Assembly (NCBI RefSeq): GCF_964194155.1
Contig: NC_135909.1
Coordinates: forward strand, 9,920,001-9,984,000
Origin: Cetorhinus maximus
Taxonomy: Eukaryota
DNA length: 64,000 nt
Direction of reading: 5' to 3'
Every line of letters begins with the position of its first letter. Position 1 is the stretch's first letter. The notes beneath the pieces are model-generated. The model was not told where the DNA came from. It ran no database searches and saw only the letters and a program-made list of their open reading frames with translations. The position numbers and the translations under genes are program-made. Of the stretch, positions 62,650 through 64,000 are shown piece after piece.

Positions 62650-62745
62650 GGGCTCGTCCGGGAATTGAACCTGACAACTCGAGCAAACTAATTTAAAGAA
62701 CACCCCTAAATGAGAATAATACCACTAAAGACTGGAACAACGAGG
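62650..62745 (-). pseudogene. tRNA-Pro(AGG) pseudogene with 18-nt intron (62686-62703)
   Basis: Sense ...GGTATTATTCTCATTTAGGG[GTGTTCTTTAAATTAGTT]TGCTCGAG...GGTTCAATTCCCGGACGAGCCC. Confidence 0.75.
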
Positions 62746-63129
62746 CAGCCAGGGACGCTACATCAACCAAAGATAACTTTCATTGTCTCCCAAATCCTTT
62801 TAACCAACCTGTCACATCACAATTGTTAAGTCAGAAAATGTACGAGTTACACCACAGCTCAGGTAGTAACAGAGAATGTGAAACTGGGTCCATGTCTCAC
62901 ATGAATGACCTTTCACCAGAACTGGGAAAAGTTAGTTTTGTAATTAGTTGTAAGCCTGTGTAAGGAAAGAAAAAAAAATCAAAAGCGACAGCCTGTGATA
63001 TGTTGGAAATCGGTTAAAAAAATGAGAAAATAGTTTATGCTGCATGGCCAGAGAGAGGGAAACATAAGCTCTTAGATTTTCAACAGCACAAAATGAGGCC
63101 CGTCGTGACCTTGAAAACTCTCTGTAAGA

Positions 63130-63460
63130 TCAATGGAACAAGTAAAGAAACAAAGGATGTTTCTGGAGGAGGAGTGAATGGCAGATTGATGAACAACTGC
63201 CATCCGAAAATAAAAACACGTGGAAAAGGAATCTCGAAATAACCTCTGTAAACAGGAAAAGCGAAGTCAAAATGGGGCGCGGGAGGGAGGGAGAATGGGT
63301 GGGTGGGTTGGGGACACTTTTCCAGAGCGATATTGTTGATCTCAATGATCTCACTGGAAAGCTGGAAAGTGTCTAATTGAAAGATGAGGCGCTGTTCTTT
63401 GAGCGTACCTGAGCTTCATAGGAACATTGCAGGAGGCCGAGAGCCGAGTGATCTGCGGAA
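63130..63460 (-). mobile_element. Old Penelope-like 3' fragment
   Basis: Reverse complement of GGCCTCCTGCAATGTTCC..TGAAGCTC...GAACAGCGCCTCATCTTTC matches the GIY-YIG C-terminus. Confidence 0.7.
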
Positions 63461-64000
63461 GAGCCAGGCCGCCAGTCATTTTGTTTCACCAGCTTGACTG
63501 TGTGGATGAGTTGGATCGAGTTCCTGCTGATTTACCGGCGGAACTTGGGTATCAATTCTGTCACGAGAAACTGACACCCCGACACCTTCTGTCCAAAGAT
63601 ACTCCAACTCCAACATTTACTGTCCTACTGTGCCCCTGAGTCACATTCTGCTGAGTAATTTATTTCATTCCTGTTCAAATCCCTGATTGTTAATTCCCTC
63701 TGAACCGGATTGCTCAAACACAAGAAAAGGCTTAAACTCGTCTCAGTGTAAATACCACAATACAGTTAAAGTGTGGATAAAATAAAATTAAACCGCGGGA
63801 CTCCAGTTCTGTCGGTTTCTATGTTCATTCAGCCACGATTGAAACCGACTGATTTCAGCATCAGGGTCAATCCAGATTCCCATTACATGGACAAACCTTC
63901 TTTAACATTTGCATTCATTTTCTTCACGTGTATTGCAGTGATATATTGTCTGTAATGATTTCTCGGGCTCTTAAACATGCTCCTAATTTCAATAAATGTC

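Overview
Vertebrate, very probably cartilaginous-fish (shark/ray), repeat-rich genomic DNA. No host protein-coding gene is recognisable: every interpretable ORF is a retroelement remnant (CR1/HER1-type LINEs, a second CR1/L2-group LINE family, Penelope-like elements), alongside Deu-domain SINEs, two solo-LTR-like inserts and a ~44-bp satellite. The host content is a dispersed tRNA gene cluster undergoing birth-and-death evolution. It has about 5 plausibly intact genes (Leu-CAG, Ser-GCT, Trp-CCA, Pro-AGG, Gly-TCC) and more than 10 variant or decayed copies, several carried on local segmental duplications. Most notable: four tRNA-Pro copies all carry an 18-nt intron at position 37/38, one of them with perfect exons, and a tRNA-Arg(TCG) carries a 13-nt intron. 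These are not the isotypes that carry introns in mammals. Two diverged Penelope copies share one in-frame TGA just after the RT YIDD motif, and their termini carry minimal hammerhead-like motifs with a non-canonical core. All comparisons were made by eye against remembered consensus sequences; repeat boundaries are approximate.
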